Part shown: one piece after another, positions 40,799-51,357 of the stretch | Layout: every line of letters starts with the position of its first letter | Numbering within the stretch: position 1 is the stretch's first letter | Assembly: GCA_963842525.1 (NCBI GenBank) | Contig: CAWJGT010000029.1 | Span: 1 to 64,000 of the forward strand | Length of the DNA stretch: 64,000 nucleotides | Origin: an uncultured Holophagales bacterium | GTDB lineage: Bacteria > Acidobacteriota > Thermoanaerobaculia > Multivoradales > UBA5704 | Direction of reading: 5' to 3' | Translations under genes and position numbers: made by a program | Notes under the pieces: model-generated | The model's input: only the letters and a program-made list of their open reading frames with translations | What the model was told of the DNA's origin: nothing | Databases searched by the model: none

Positions 40799-42769
40799 AT
40801 GAACGCCGCGGAGCCAAGGCCCCCGCCGGACAAGACCCGCAGGCACCGCGACAGGCGGGCTCCCACCAAGGGCCTCGTCGACGCCCTCAAGGAGCCCTTC
40901 CTGGTGCTCGACGAGCAGCTCCGGGTGCGCTCCGCGAGCGGCGCCTTCTGCGACAAGTTCCAGGTCTCAAGGGGAGATACGGAAGGCCGTCACCTCTCCG
41001 AGCTCGCAGACGGTCAGTGGGACGTCGCAGGTCTGCGGCAGAAGCTCGCGGAGGTCCTGCCGGGCGCTCACGCCTTCAAGGATTTCGAGGGTTTCGAGGT
41101 CGAGCAGGAGCTGCCGGGCGCCGGGCGCCGAACCATGCTCCTCACCGGCCGCGGCCTGGCGGACTCGGCAGGCCTTCCGAGCGAGATCCTGCTGGTCATC
41201 GAGGACGTGACCGAGCGCCTCGCCACGGCGGCCGCGTTGCGCGCCAGCGAAACGCGCTACCGGCGGCTCTTCGAGACGGCGAAGGACGGCATCCTGATCC
41301 TCGACGCGACGAGCGGCGGGATCGTGGATGCCAATCCCTTCATCAAGGCGCTGCTCGGATACAGCCACGACGAGCTGCTGGGCAAGGAGCTCTGGCAGAT
41401 CGGCCTGTTCGGTGACATCGCCGCCAGCCGGATGGCCTTCCAGGAGCTGAGGGAGACCGGCTACATCCGCTACGAGCACCTCCCGCTCGAGACGCACGGC
41501 GGGACTCACGTGGAAGTGGAATTCGTCAGCAACGCCTATCGCGCGGACGCCAGAGATGTCATTCAGTGCAACATCCGCGACATCACCCGGCGCAGCGCGC
41601 TCGAACGGCTGGCCAGGGAGCAGAGCGTCGCCATGGCTGACCTCCATCGGCGCAAGGACGAGTTCCTGGCAATGCTCTCGCACGAGCTGCGCAATCCGCT
41701 GTCGTCGATCGTCAACGCCCTGCAACTGATGCGCCTGCAGCAGGGCGACGAAAATCTGATCCAGCACCAGGCGCGCACGATCCTCGAACGGCAGGTCGCA
41801 CAACTCGGAAGGCTCATCGGCGACCTCCTGGAGGTGTCCCGCATCGCCACCGGTCAGCTCCGCCTGCACCCGGAGAACATCGACCTGCGCGGCGTCGTGA
41901 CGGTCGCGGTGGAGGCGACCCGCGCGGCAATCGATCGTCGCGGTCACGAGCTCACGGTGACTTTGCCACCGCAGCCTGTCTGGCTGCAGGCCGATCCGGC
42001 ACGGCTTGAGCAGGTGATCGTCAACCTCCTCGACAACGCCGGGAAGTACAGCGAGCCAGGCGGGCACATCTGGCTGTCGCTCGAGGCCGAGGGCGGTACA
42101 GCGGCGCTGCGGGTGCGGGACAGAGGGGTGGGGATCTCGGCGGACGTGCTGCCGCATGTGTTCGACCTCTTCACCCAGGCCGACCGCAGCCTCGATCGCT
42201 CCGCAGGGGGGCTGGGCATCGGCTTGAGCCTGGTGCGGGCGCTCGTCGAGCTGCACCACGGCAGCGTCGAGGCCAGCAGCGCGGGCCTGGGGCAGGGCAG
42301 CGCGTTCGTTGTCAGGTTGCCGCTCAGCGAGCCCGGCCGTCCAACTGGCTCGCTCCCCACACCAGCGAGCAGGCCGACCGCCGTGGGGCTGCCTGTGTTG
42401 GTGGTCGACGACGACGTCGATGCAGCCGACAGCCTGGCCCTGCTGCTGCGGATGTGGGGCTACGAGGCGCACGTGGCCTACTCGGGGTCGACCGCGCTGC
42501 AAGCGGCCGTCGAGCATTGTCCCGCGGTGGTGATCCTCGACCTCAGCCTGCCCGAGATGGACGGTTACGAGCTCGGCCGGCGGCTGCGCCAGCATCCGCA
42601 GTTGGCTGCCGTCCGCCTGATCGCCCTCACCGGGCACGGCCAGCAGGAGGACCTCGACCGCTCGCGCGCCGAGGGCTTTGCGGAACACCTGGTCAAGCCG
42701 GTCGAGCCGCAGCGGTTGCTCGACCTGCTCGAGTCGATCGCTACAGGCGGTACCGTCAGTCGCCGGTGA
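40799..42769 (+). CDS. PAS-PAS hybrid sensor histidine kinase/response regulator
   Basis: FLAMLSHELRNPL, NLLDNAGKY, GGLGIGL, C-terminal receiver. Confidence 0.92.
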   Translation: MNAAEPRPPPDKTRRHRDRRAPTKGLVDALKEPFLVLDEQLRVRSASGAFCDKFQVSRGDTEGRHLSELADGQWDVAGLRQKLAEVLPGAHAFKDFEGFEVEQELPGAGRRTMLLTGRGLADSAGLPSEILLVIEDVTERLATAAALRASETRYRRLFETAKDGILILDATSGGIVDANPFIKALLGYSHDELLGKELWQIGLFGDIAASRMAFQELRETGYIRYEHLPLETHGGTHVEVEFVSNAYRADARDVIQCNIRDITRRSALERLAREQSVAMADLHRRKDEFLAMLSHELRNPLSSIVNALQLMRLQQGDENLIQHQARTILERQVAQLGRLIGDLLEVSRIATGQLRLHPENIDLRGVVTVAVEATRAAIDRRGHELTVTLPPQPVWLQADPARLEQVIVNLLDNAGKYSEPGGHIWLSLEAEGGTAALRVRDRGVGISADVLPHVFDLFTQADRSLDRSAGGLGIGLSLVRALVELHHGSVEASSAGLGQGSAFVVRLPLSEPGRPTGSLPTPASRPTAVGLPVLVVDDDVDAADSLALLLRMWGYEAHVAYSGSTALQAAVEHCPAVVILDLSLPEMDGYELGRRLRQHPQLAAVRLIALTGHGQQEDLDRSRAEGFAEHLVKPVEPQRLLDLLESIATGGTVSRR

Positions 42770-42791
42770 GCTGGAACGCCGCCTGTCAAAG

Positions 42792-42914
42792 TCAGCTCCC
42801 CGCTTCCTGCTGCGGGCGGCCCTTTTCCTCCAAGCTCCGAAGCTGCGGCAGCGGCTTGCCCGTCTCCAGGAAGGTTTTCAAAGACGACAGGATCGGCGCC
42901 CAGCCCTCGCAGCA
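42792..42914 (-). pseudogene. SRPBCC/AHSA1 domain C-terminal remnant
   Basis: Frame reads EGWAPILSSLKTFLETGKPLP...stop, with no N-terminal part. Confidence 0.5.
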
Positions 42915-42986
42915 GCGAAGTCTCAGAGCGGCGGCTCCTCCTGGCCGAACGCGGAAGGACCGGTCAGCATCAGAGCGAGCTTCTCA

Positions 42987-44153
42987 TCAAGTACGTCCTT
43001 CCGCCGAAATAGAGCGAGAGGTGCCGGCGAGCGCCTCTCCGAACACCTCTTCCATCTCCTCGGCTGCACGGTCCCAGCGGAAGCGGGCGGCCTGCTCGGG
43101 GCCGCGGGCGGCGAGGTCGGCGGCGCGCGGCGCGTCGGCGAGGAGGTCGCGGACGGCCAGGGCCAGGGCACCGGTGTCTCCAGGGGGCACCTGGAGGCCG
43201 GCCTTTCCCACCACCTCGGGCAGGCTGGAGGAGGTCGAGACCACGGTGGGAATACCGCAGGCGAGCGCCTCGGCGGGAGGGAAGCCGAAGCCTTCATAAA
43301 GCGACGGGTAGACGAAGACGCGGGCCCCCTGGAAGACGCGGACCAGGCGCTCCCGGGAGACGTGGCCGAGGATCTGGACACCCAGTGGGACGAGCGCTTC
43401 GATCCGCTTCATGAGATGCCGGCTCGCCCAGCCGTACGGCCCCACGAGGACCAGCGGCGGCACATGGGGGTCGTCCTGGTACAGCGCTTCCCAGGCGTCC
43501 AGCACCGCCCCCACGTTCTTGCGCGGCTCGATCGTTCCTGCATAGAGAATGTAGCCCTCGGGCGCCTTGAGCTCGTTGCGCACCGATTGGATCTCCTCCC
43601 GCGTTCCGGGCCGGAACTCGGGATCGATGCCGGGATAGACCACCCGCACCTTGCGAGCGCACTGCGGGAAGTGGAAGGCGATGTCGTCCGCGGAGGACTG
43701 CGAGATGGTCACCAGCCGCTCGGCCCGTTCGAGCGAGAGGCGGAGGAAGGGGAGGATGCTCCACTTCACCTTGAGCCGGTGGGTCTCGGGCAGGAGCAGT
43801 GTCGTCAGGTCGTGGACGGTGGCGACCGCGGGCACCGGGCAGCGCAGCGGCAGGGTGATGAGCGGCGACCAGAGGAGGTCAATATCTCCCTTTTTGAGCC
43901 GGCGGGGGAGCCGGAGCTGCTGCCAGATCACGCCCAGCGGCGCCGGCTCCTGCTCGGTCGGAATCCCCGCCGCCGCCAGCACCTCCGGCTCGCGGAGCGC
44001 CTTGTGCGCGAGCCCCAGGTAGCGAAAGCTCCCGCGGCGGGCCAGCTCCAGCAGCAGCGACCGGGTGTAGACGCCGATCCCCGTCGCGGTCGGCACCAGC
44101 GCGCGCAGGTCGACCGCAATGCGGGGGCTGGACGCGGAGACGGAGTCAGGCAT
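42987..44153 (-). CDS. Glycosyltransferase family 4
   Basis: TGIGVY, TVHDL, GTIEPRKN, YPSLYEGFGFPPAEALACG. Confidence 0.93.
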   Translation of the reverse strand: MPDSVSASSPRIAVDLRALVPTATGIGVYTRSLLLELARRGSFRYLGLAHKALREPEVLAAAGIPTEQEPAPLGVIWQQLRLPRRLKKGDIDLLWSPLITLPLRCPVPAVATVHDLTTLLLPETHRLKVKWSILPFLRLSLERAERLVTISQSSADDIAFHFPQCARKVRVVYPGIDPEFRPGTREEIQSVRNELKAPEGYILYAGTIEPRKNVGAVLDAWEALYQDDPHVPPLVLVGPYGWASRHLMKRIEALVPLGVQILGHVSRERLVRVFQGARVFVYPSLYEGFGFPPAEALACGIPTVVSTSSSLPEVVGKAGLQVPPGDTGALALAVRDLLADAPRAADLAARGPEQAARFRWDRAAEEMEEVFGEALAGTSRSISAEGRT

Positions 44154-44164
44154 GGGCGCGGATC

Positions 44165-46033
44165 TTAGCTTCCCGGTCCGATCCGGTATACCCGGTCCCG
44201 GCCGTCGTCGTATTCGAGCGAGATCCCGGGCTGGCTCTCCCAGGCGGCCAGGGCCCGGTACGCCCATTTTTTGTCCTCCAGGGCCTCCGGGTGGACCAGC
44301 ACGTGGGTCACTCCCCAGTCCCGGAGCTGGGCGAGCTGGCGCGGAGTCGGGAGCGGCCAGCAGCAGCTTCCCCGCAGCTCTCTGTAGTGCGTGGGGAAGA
44401 AGCCGCTATAGCCGTTCACCAGCGGCTTCCAATGGCGGGTGGCGAAGTACATGTAGGAGATCTCGGTGGAGTCGTTCCCAATCGGCAGCTCGAGCACCGC
44501 TCGCACATCCTTCTGCTTGGCCAGCCAGTGGTAGCCGGGGGCGAAGTCCCTCTCCTGCGGCAGGGGCTCCCAGTTGAGCGGCTTCGGCGCGAGCTCGACC
44601 AGGAGCACGACGGCGGCGAAAGCCGCCCCCAGCCGCCGCCAGGCCGGCGATGCGGCGCACCGCAGGAGCCGGTCGAGCTCGCGGGCGGCGAACCAGGCGA
44701 GAGGGAAGGAGACGAAGGCGTAGAATCGCGCCGGGACGCGCATCCCGGAGAGCCCTGGGACCACCTCGCGCAGGGCCAGGTAGACCACCGGATGGCTCAG
44801 CAGGAAGCAGACGACGCCGGAGGTGAGGAGGCCCTTTTCCCAAAGGTCCAGGTCCGCAAGCCGCAGCGGCCAGTTGCCGCCCCAGACCCGGCGCAGCACC
44901 AGGGCGACCAGCCCCAGGACCAGGAGGGCTGCGGCCACTTTGTAGCCCACCAGCTCGGGCAGTGGCGGCAGCGCGGTCCGGCCGGAGACGTGCCAGGTCT
45001 TGTACTCGGCCAGGAGATACCCCGCCACGGCGAGCGAAGCCAGCGCTATCAGGGCCGCCCGTTTTCGGGCCGGGAGGGGACGGAGTAGCGGGGTGAGCCG
45101 CCGCCGGCCCTCCCAGGCTGCGAGGAGGATCAGGGCGGTCGGCAGGAACCCGGCAAAGAGCGAGTTCTCCGGCCGCCGCCACCAGGATTCAGTCCCGGGG
45201 CCGCCGTAGAGGTTCTTCTCCGACGGGGTGAAGTAGCTGGCGAGGGAGGCCCCGTAGTGCCGGATCTCCACCGCCGACCGCTCCTGGCGGTGGGCGGATC
45301 GCACGTAGGGAAGATAGACGGCGAGGAGCAGCGCGGCGCAGGCGGCTCCGGTGGGGACCAGGACCCGCAGCGCCGTCCTCAGGCTGCCCTGCCGCCACAG
45401 CCCTGGTGCGCGGTGGAGCAGGAGGATCAGCAGGGGGATGTGGATCATGTAGCCCAGGTAGCTCCCTCCGGTCACGTGCAGGGCATAGAAAAGGATGAAG
45501 ATCGCCGCCCGCCGCCGGTTGGGCCGCTCCAGCAGCCGGTCCCAGGTCCAGAGGGTCAAGGGGATCCACTGCATGAGCAGGATCGTGATGTGGCTGAGCT
45601 GGTCCCAGCGGAACGAGGAGAAGGCGTAGATGCAGCCGCCCAGAAATGCGGCGGTCGCGCCGGTCCCGGCACGGCGGAGCACATACCAGGTCCCCCAGCC
45701 GCAGAGGACGAAGGAGCCGAAGAAAAGGACGTTGTAGACCAGCAGCGCACCAGGTGTGGACGCGGTCAACAGGGCGCCGAAGGCGGCCGGTCCGAGCAGG
45801 TGGTCCGAGTAGGCGGTGACTCCGCGGGCGGGGAAGAAGAACGGGGCGTCCCAGAAGCCGGCGAGCCCGTTCCGGATCGCGTGCATGCCCCATTTGAGGA
45901 CGACCAGGATGAACAACGGATCGCCCGGGTCCGGGGCGATGTGGGTGCCGAGGACCCGCAGGACCGGACGCAGGTACAGCGCCGAGATGGCGAAATAGCC
46001 GAGAGCGGCGAGCCCGTGCTGGAGACCCCTCAC
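44165..46033 (-). CDS. Multi-TM GT-C/YfhO-like membrane protein, paralog 2
   Basis: PDPGDP, YSDHL, MRVPARF, VNGYSG; GTG start overlaps the paralog 1 stop. Confidence 0.72.
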   Translation of the reverse strand: MRGLQHGLAALGYFAISALYLRPVLRVLGTHIAPDPGDPLFILVVLKWGMHAIRNGLAGFWDAPFFFPARGVTAYSDHLLGPAAFGALLTASTPGALLVYNVLFFGSFVLCGWGTWYVLRRAGTGATAAFLGGCIYAFSSFRWDQLSHITILLMQWIPLTLWTWDRLLERPNRRRAAIFILFYALHVTGGSYLGYMIHIPLLILLLHRAPGLWRQGSLRTALRVLVPTGAACAALLLAVYLPYVRSAHRQERSAVEIRHYGASLASYFTPSEKNLYGGPGTESWWRRPENSLFAGFLPTALILLAAWEGRRRLTPLLRPLPARKRAALIALASLAVAGYLLAEYKTWHVSGRTALPPLPELVGYKVAAALLVLGLVALVLRRVWGGNWPLRLADLDLWEKGLLTSGVVCFLLSHPVVYLALREVVPGLSGMRVPARFYAFVSFPLAWFAARELDRLLRCAASPAWRRLGAAFAAVVLLVELAPKPLNWEPLPQERDFAPGYHWLAKQKDVRAVLELPIGNDSTEISYMYFATRHWKPLVNGYSGFFPTHYRELRGSCCWPLPTPRQLAQLRDWGVTHVLVHPEALEDKKWAYRALAAWESQPGISLEYDDGRDRVYRIGPGS

Positions 46034-46182
46034 CCCCCCGACCCCCCTCTCCCATCGCCCCCCCTTCCCCCGGGAGAGGGGGGAGAAAAAACAGAAGGAG
46101 AGGACAGGGGGGATCGTGGCCCGTCTTTCTCCCCTCTCCCGGGGGAAGGGGGGGCGATGGGAGAGGGGCCGGGGGTGAGGGG
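46026..46182. repeat. Long palindromic REP/MITE-like element
   Basis: ~60-bp inverted arms, CCCCTCACCCC...CCCCTCTCCCATCGCCC / GGGCGATGGGAGAGGGG...GGGGTGAGGGG. Confidence 0.85.
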
Positions 46183-48061
46183 CCGCGCCGGCAGGATCCG
46201 GTACACCCGGTACCCGCCGCCGGCGAAGGCCAGCGCGACGTCCGGCCGGCGTTGCCACTGCGCGAGGATCCGCTGCTGCCACTCCTGCTCCTGTGCCTCG
46301 GGCCGGAGGACGATATGGGTCACCCCCCAGAGGCGCAGGCGGTCGAGCTCGGGGCCCTGGGGCACGGGCGAGCAGCAATTCGCACGGAAGTCCGTGTAGT
46401 TGCGGGGGAGATAGCCGCTGTAGCCGTTGACCATGGGCTGCCAGGAGAGCGTTCCGAGGTACATGTTCGAGAGCTCGTCCAGGGCGTCGCCAAAAGGGAG
46501 CATGAGCACGGCCTTGACATCGTCCTGCCGGGCCAGCCAGTGGAGCGCCCGGGGGAAATCGGCCTCGCGGAGGATCGGGGTCCATTGGAGCGGCTTTGGC
46601 GTCAGCTCGACGAGCAGGAGCCCGGCGAGCAGCGTCGATGCCAGGACCCTGTGCCGCGGACCGACCCGTCGCAGCAGCCGGTCGAGCTTCCCGGGCGGCG
46701 AAGACGACGAGGGTGAAGGTGACGAAGACACCGAAGCGCGCGGGCACTCGCATCCCGGAGAGGCCGGGGATCTGCCGGGACAATGGGACATAGACCGCGT
46801 TGAAGGTCAGCAGGAAGCAGACGGCGGCCGAGGCCAGAAGCCCGCGCTCGAAAGGGTCCAGGCCCTGGAGCGTGAGCGGCCAGTTGCCCCCCCAGAGCCG
46901 CCGCAGGACGAGGGCCACGAGCCCGAGGGCGAGAAGCTGGCTGGTGGTCCGGAGGGCTTCCGGCGTGACGGAGAGGCCCCAGTCGAACCGGCCGGCCAGC
47001 TCCCAGGTCTGGATTTCGCCGCGGACGAGCCCGGCGAGCGCGGCCGTGAGCAGCAGCCTGAGCACCACCTTCTGCCACTTTGCCAGGGGCCGCCGCGGCG
47101 GGGTCCGGCGCCGCGGCAGGGCGCGTGCTGCCGCGACAAGCGCCAGCACGGTGACGGTGAGCCCGGGGAACAGGGAGTTCTCCGGTCGCCGCCACGCGTC
47201 GGACCACGACCCGTAAAGGTTGTGCAGAGAGAAGGTCCCATAGCTGGCCAGCGAGGCGCCGTACTCGCGGATCTCCGCGGCGGATCGCGCTTGAAAGCGC
47301 GAGGCCCGGACGTAGGGGAGGAAGACGGCGGCGAGCACCGCTACGGCGAGCACCCCCGTGGGCAGGAGGACTTTCGCGGCGGCGCGCCGGTCTTGCCACA
47401 AAGCCGGCGCGCGATAGAGCAGCAGGATCAGCATCGGCACATGGATCATGTACGCGAGATAGCTGCCGCCCGTCATGTGCAGGGCATAGACGGCGAAAAA
47501 GAGCGCCGCCCGGCGCCAGGCCGGCCGCTCCAGCAGCCGGTCCCAGCTCCAGAGCGTCAGGGGAATCCACTGCATGAGGAGGATCTGGAGATGGCTGAGC
47601 TGGTCCCAGCGGATCGGACAGAAGGCGAACATGCAGCCGCCCAGAAACGCGGCCGTCATGCCCAGGCCCCGGCGGCGGAGGACGTACCAGGTCGTCCAGC
47701 CGGAGAGCGCGAACGAAGCCAGGAGCAGGGTGTTGTAGACCACCAGCGGATTGGGCTGCAGAGAGGTGAGCAGGGTGCCGAACGCCGCGGGCCCGATCAG
47801 GTGATCCGAGTAGGTCGTGGCTCCGCGGGCCGGGAAGAAGAACGGCAGGTCCCAGAAGTCAGGCAGGCCCAGCCGGATCTGGTGCATGCCCCACTTGAGG
47901 ACGACCAGGTTGAAGACCGGATCGCCAGGGTCCGGGGCAATGTGGGTGCCGAAGACCCGCAGGATGGGCCGCAGGTAGAAGGCCGAGAGGGCGAAGTAGG
48001 TGAGGGCCGCTAGGGCATGCTCCAACGCATGGCGGCGGGGGGTGGGGTCGGGCGGGGACAT
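46030..48061 (-). CDS. Multi-TM GT-C/YfhO-like membrane protein, paralog 1 (1-nt frameshift ~46688)
   Basis: Same motifs as paralog 2; homology switches frame at FAARE/LDRLL. Confidence 0.72.
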
Positions 48062-48116
48062 GCCGGCGGCAGTGTATATCTTGTATCGTAGGGCGCTGTT
48101 CGCTCGTAAAACCACC

Positions 48117-49889
48117 ATGCGCCTCCGCCCTTTCCACGCCGCCTGCCTGTCCCTCCTCCTCCTCGGCCTGTCCTGGACGGTCTACAAGATCCACTTCCCG
48201 CCGGGGCCGGTCGCCGACGAGGCCGCCTACGTCATGATGACGCAGAGCCTCTGGCACGAGCACGACCTGGCCTACGACCACCGCGACCTGCTGCGCGCCT
48301 ACCGGATCTGGGACCAGGGCCCCTACGGTGTCATCCTCTTCACCAAGGACGGCGGCCGGTCCATGCACTATGGCAAGCCGTTCGCCTACTCGCTGGCGGC
48401 CGTGCCGTTCTATGCCCTGCTCGGCGTCCAGGGGCTGGTGGTCTTCAACATGGCGCTCTTCCTGGCCATGTTCTTCGCGGCCTGCTGGTTCTTCCGCAAT
48501 CAGCCCGGCTACGTCCTGCTCTTCCTGGCCGGCTTCTTCTTTGCCTCGGCGGCTTTCTCGTACGTCTTCTGGATGCAGCCCGAGGTGTTCAACATGGCCT
48601 GCGTCTTCTTCCCCCTGCTCCTCTGGCAGGTCCTGCGGAAGAAGGAGGTCTGGACCGCGCGCGACTATTGGCTGCTCGCCGGGGCCGGGGCTCTCCTTGC
48701 CGCGGCCTACATGTCCAAGGCGCCGACCGCTGTCCTGGGAGGTCCGATCGCGCTCGATCTCCTCTGGCAGCGCCGATGGAGTCGATGGAAGGGCGTGGCG
48801 GCCCTGGCCGCGCCGGCGCTCCTCGCCCTCGTCCTGATGATGGGCATGCAGTGGAAGATGACCGGCGCCTGGGACCCTTACCGCGGGGTGCAGCGGCGGT
48901 CATTCGAGACCGACTACCCGATCGAGAGCAGGAAGGACCTCTGGCAGGCCTACCGCGGCACGAGCTTCGGCTCCTGGTCCGGGCTCGGCGTCGAGACCTC
49001 CGGCCGCATGCTGCTGCGCAACCTCGGCTATTTCTTCGTCGGCCGGCATACCGGGCTGCTGCCGTACTTCCCCTTCGCCCTGTTCGCGCTCGGCCTCTAC
49101 CTGGCGGGCCCCAAGGACCGTTCGCGCCACCTCCTGCTGCTCGCGGTCGCCGGCTATTGCCTGCTGTTCCTGCTCCTGCGGCCCAACAACTATCACGGCG
49201 GGGCGGGGTTCCTGGGCAACCGCTACTTCGCGAGCATCTACCCGGCCCTGCTGTTCCTGCCCGGGCGGATCGCGGCACGGCGGAGCCTTCTCCTCCCCTA
49301 CACCGCCGCCGGACTGTGGACCGCGGCGGTGGTGGCCATGCCCATCCAGGCGATCACGCCGGAGGCGACGCTCCAGGCGCACGTGCGGATGCCGACCTTC
49401 CAGGCCTTGCCGCTCGAGAAGACCCTGATCGGCTTCGGTCGCATCCCGGGCTATGCCTCGCGCGACTGGGGCCAGGGCGTCTGGGTGGTCCCCAAGCAGA
49501 ACTTCTTCACCCAGGAGCCGCATCCCAACGGCGTCTGGGTGCGTGGCGCCTCGCGCTCGGAGGTGATCGTCGTCGCGCCGCAGCCGCTGGAGGCGGTCCG
49601 CTTCCTGGTCCATTCCCTCTCGGCCGACAACGTCCTGACGCTCGACAGCGGCGTCGACCGGGTGACGGTCCACTTCGACACCGACGGGAAGCGCAACGGC
49701 GCGCCGGTCGAGCTGAAGCTCGAGCCGGTGGCCCGGGACCTGGGGTTCTTCCCGGCCGCGCCGCACGAATGGTTCTACAGCTTCACCCTGGAGACGACCG
49801 ACGGCGTGATGCCCGCGCGCCGCGAGCCGGGGAACGAGGACTACCGTTATCTCGGCGTCTTCCTGGACTTCACCGGAGGGGGGATCTGA
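48117..49889 (+). CDS. Multi-TM GT-C-like membrane protein
   Basis: DEAAY acidic motif after the first TM, about 10 TMs, GNRYF, soluble C-terminal domain. Confidence 0.65.
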   Translation: MRLRPFHAACLSLLLLGLSWTVYKIHFPPGPVADEAAYVMMTQSLWHEHDLAYDHRDLLRAYRIWDQGPYGVILFTKDGGRSMHYGKPFAYSLAAVPFYALLGVQGLVVFNMALFLAMFFAACWFFRNQPGYVLLFLAGFFFASAAFSYVFWMQPEVFNMACVFFPLLLWQVLRKKEVWTARDYWLLAGAGALLAAAYMSKAPTAVLGGPIALDLLWQRRWSRWKGVAALAAPALLALVLMMGMQWKMTGAWDPYRGVQRRSFETDYPIESRKDLWQAYRGTSFGSWSGLGVETSGRMLLRNLGYFFVGRHTGLLPYFPFALFALGLYLAGPKDRSRHLLLLAVAGYCLLFLLLRPNNYHGGAGFLGNRYFASIYPALLFLPGRIAARRSLLLPYTAAGLWTAAVVAMPIQAITPEATLQAHVRMPTFQALPLEKTLIGFGRIPGYASRDWGQGVWVVPKQNFFTQEPHPNGVWVRGASRSEVIVVAPQPLEAVRFLVHSLSADNVLTLDSGVDRVTVHFDTDGKRNGAPVELKLEPVARDLGFFPAAPHEWFYSFTLETTDGVMPARREPGNEDYRYLGVFLDFTGGGI

Positions 49890-50305
49890 TGGCCGGCGAG
49901 CCGCGGGTCGCCGAGGTGCTCCAGCAGCTCCGCGCCGGGGTCCGCCAGCGGAAGGCGGAGCTGGCGACGATCGGCGCCGCGACGGACGAGGCGCGCTTCA
50001 AGCTGGTGGAGCTGACCGCGAAGGAGTACGTCCAGGAGCCGATCTGCGTCTCGCCGCGGCCGGTCGTGGGCCGGTGGATCGTCTTCGCGCGCAAGGCGTT
50101 CTTCCACCTCCTGATGAAGTGGTACCTGCGGCCGGTCCTGGAGCAGCAGAATGCCTTCAACCAGACGGCGAGCCGGCTGGTGCAGGATCTTGTGCAGTCG
50201 CAGGAGAGGCTGGCGCGGCAGCTCCGCGAGCTGGAGGCGCGCCTCGCGGCGGTGGAGAAACGGGTGCGCGAAATCTCTCCGGCACCACCGGAAGACCCTG
50301 TCTGA
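49889..50305 (+). CDS. Small coiled-coil protein in glycan locus
   Basis: WYLRPVLEQQNAFN plus heptad tail; translationally coupled on both sides. Confidence 0.65.
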   Translation: MAGEPRVAEVLQQLRAGVRQRKAELATIGAATDEARFKLVELTAKEYVQEPICVSPRPVVGRWIVFARKAFFHLLMKWYLRPVLEQQNAFNQTASRLVQDLVQSQERLARQLRELEARLAAVEKRVREISPAPPEDPV

Positions 50306-51351
50306 TGCCCAAGCGGATCGTCGTCTGCTCGACGCGGGTCCCCTTCGTCTACGGCGGGGCCGAGATGCTGGCCGAGTCGCTGCGCGACCAGCTCGCGGCA
50401 AGGGGGCACGAGGTGGACCTGGTGGCTCTCCCCTTCGCCTGGGCGGACCGCGTCCAGCTCTTGAAGAGCGGCCTCGCGTGGCGGCTCCTGGACCTGACCT
50501 CCGCGGCTGGAAAGCGGATCGACCTGGTCATCGCGACCCGCTTTCCTTCCTACCTGGTCCGGCATCCCGCCAAGGTGGTCTGGCTGGTCCACCAGATGCG
50601 GCAAGTCTACGAGCTCCTGGGCACGCCCTACAGCGACTTCACGGACGCGCCGCGCGACCGGAGGGTGATCGAGATGGTGCGGGCCATGGACCGGCGGACG
50701 CTCGCCGAGGCGCGGGCGGTCTTCACCATCTCGCAGAACGTGGCGGACCGCCTGAAGCGCTTCAACGACGTTCCGGCCGAGGCCATCTACCCGCCGCCGC
50801 GGCTGGACGGGCAGTACCACCCCGGGGACTTCGGAGACTACGTCTTCACCCTGGGCCGGCTCGATCCCTTGAAGCGCTTCGACCTGCTGGTCAAGGCGAT
50901 GAAGCACGTCGAGACCCCCGTCCGCTGCCGGATCGGCGGCGACGGTCCGGACCGGGAGAAGCTCGAAGCGCTGATCGATCGCCTCGGCGTGCGCGACCGG
51001 GTCGAGCTCCTCGGCTGGTTGAAGGACCAGGATGTCCCTGCGCTCTATGCCAACGCCCTGGCCGTCTACTACGCCCCCTACGACGAAGACTACGGCTATG
51101 TGACCGTCGAGGCCTTCAAGTCCGGCAAGCCGGTCCTGACCGCTACCGACTCCGGAGGCGTGCTCGAATTCGTGGAGGACGGCCGGAACGGTTTCGTCGT
51201 GCCGCCGGACTCGCCCAGGGATCTCGCCGCGCGGATCGACACCCTCTGGCGTGACCGCGACCGAGCGCGGCGGATGGGGCAGGCCGGGATGGAGAAGGTC
51301 GAGCGGATCGGCTGGGACGAGGTGATCGGGCGGCTGGTGGGGGAGGGGTAG
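50305..51351 (+). CDS. Glycosyltransferase family 4
   Basis: PFVYGGAE, GRLDPLKR, EDYGYVTVEAF. Confidence 0.92.
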   Translation: MPKRIVVCSTRVPFVYGGAEMLAESLRDQLAARGHEVDLVALPFAWADRVQLLKSGLAWRLLDLTSAAGKRIDLVIATRFPSYLVRHPAKVVWLVHQMRQVYELLGTPYSDFTDAPRDRRVIEMVRAMDRRTLAEARAVFTISQNVADRLKRFNDVPAEAIYPPPRLDGQYHPGDFGDYVFTLGRLDPLKRFDLLVKAMKHVETPVRCRIGGDGPDREKLEALIDRLGVRDRVELLGWLKDQDVPALYANALAVYYAPYDEDYGYVTVEAFKSGKPVLTATDSGGVLEFVEDGRNGFVVPPDSPRDLAARIDTLWRDRDRARRMGQAGMEKVERIGWDEVIGRLVGEG

Positions 51352-51357
51352 ACAGGC

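Noticed and set aside
22452-42986. Prophage or ICE
   Set aside because: No integrase, tRNA, att repeats, structural or conjugation genes were seen.
44165-48118. Single 1317-aa fusion protein
   Set aside because: Artefact of a 1-nt frameshift near 46688; paralog homology continues in the other frame, giving two genes.
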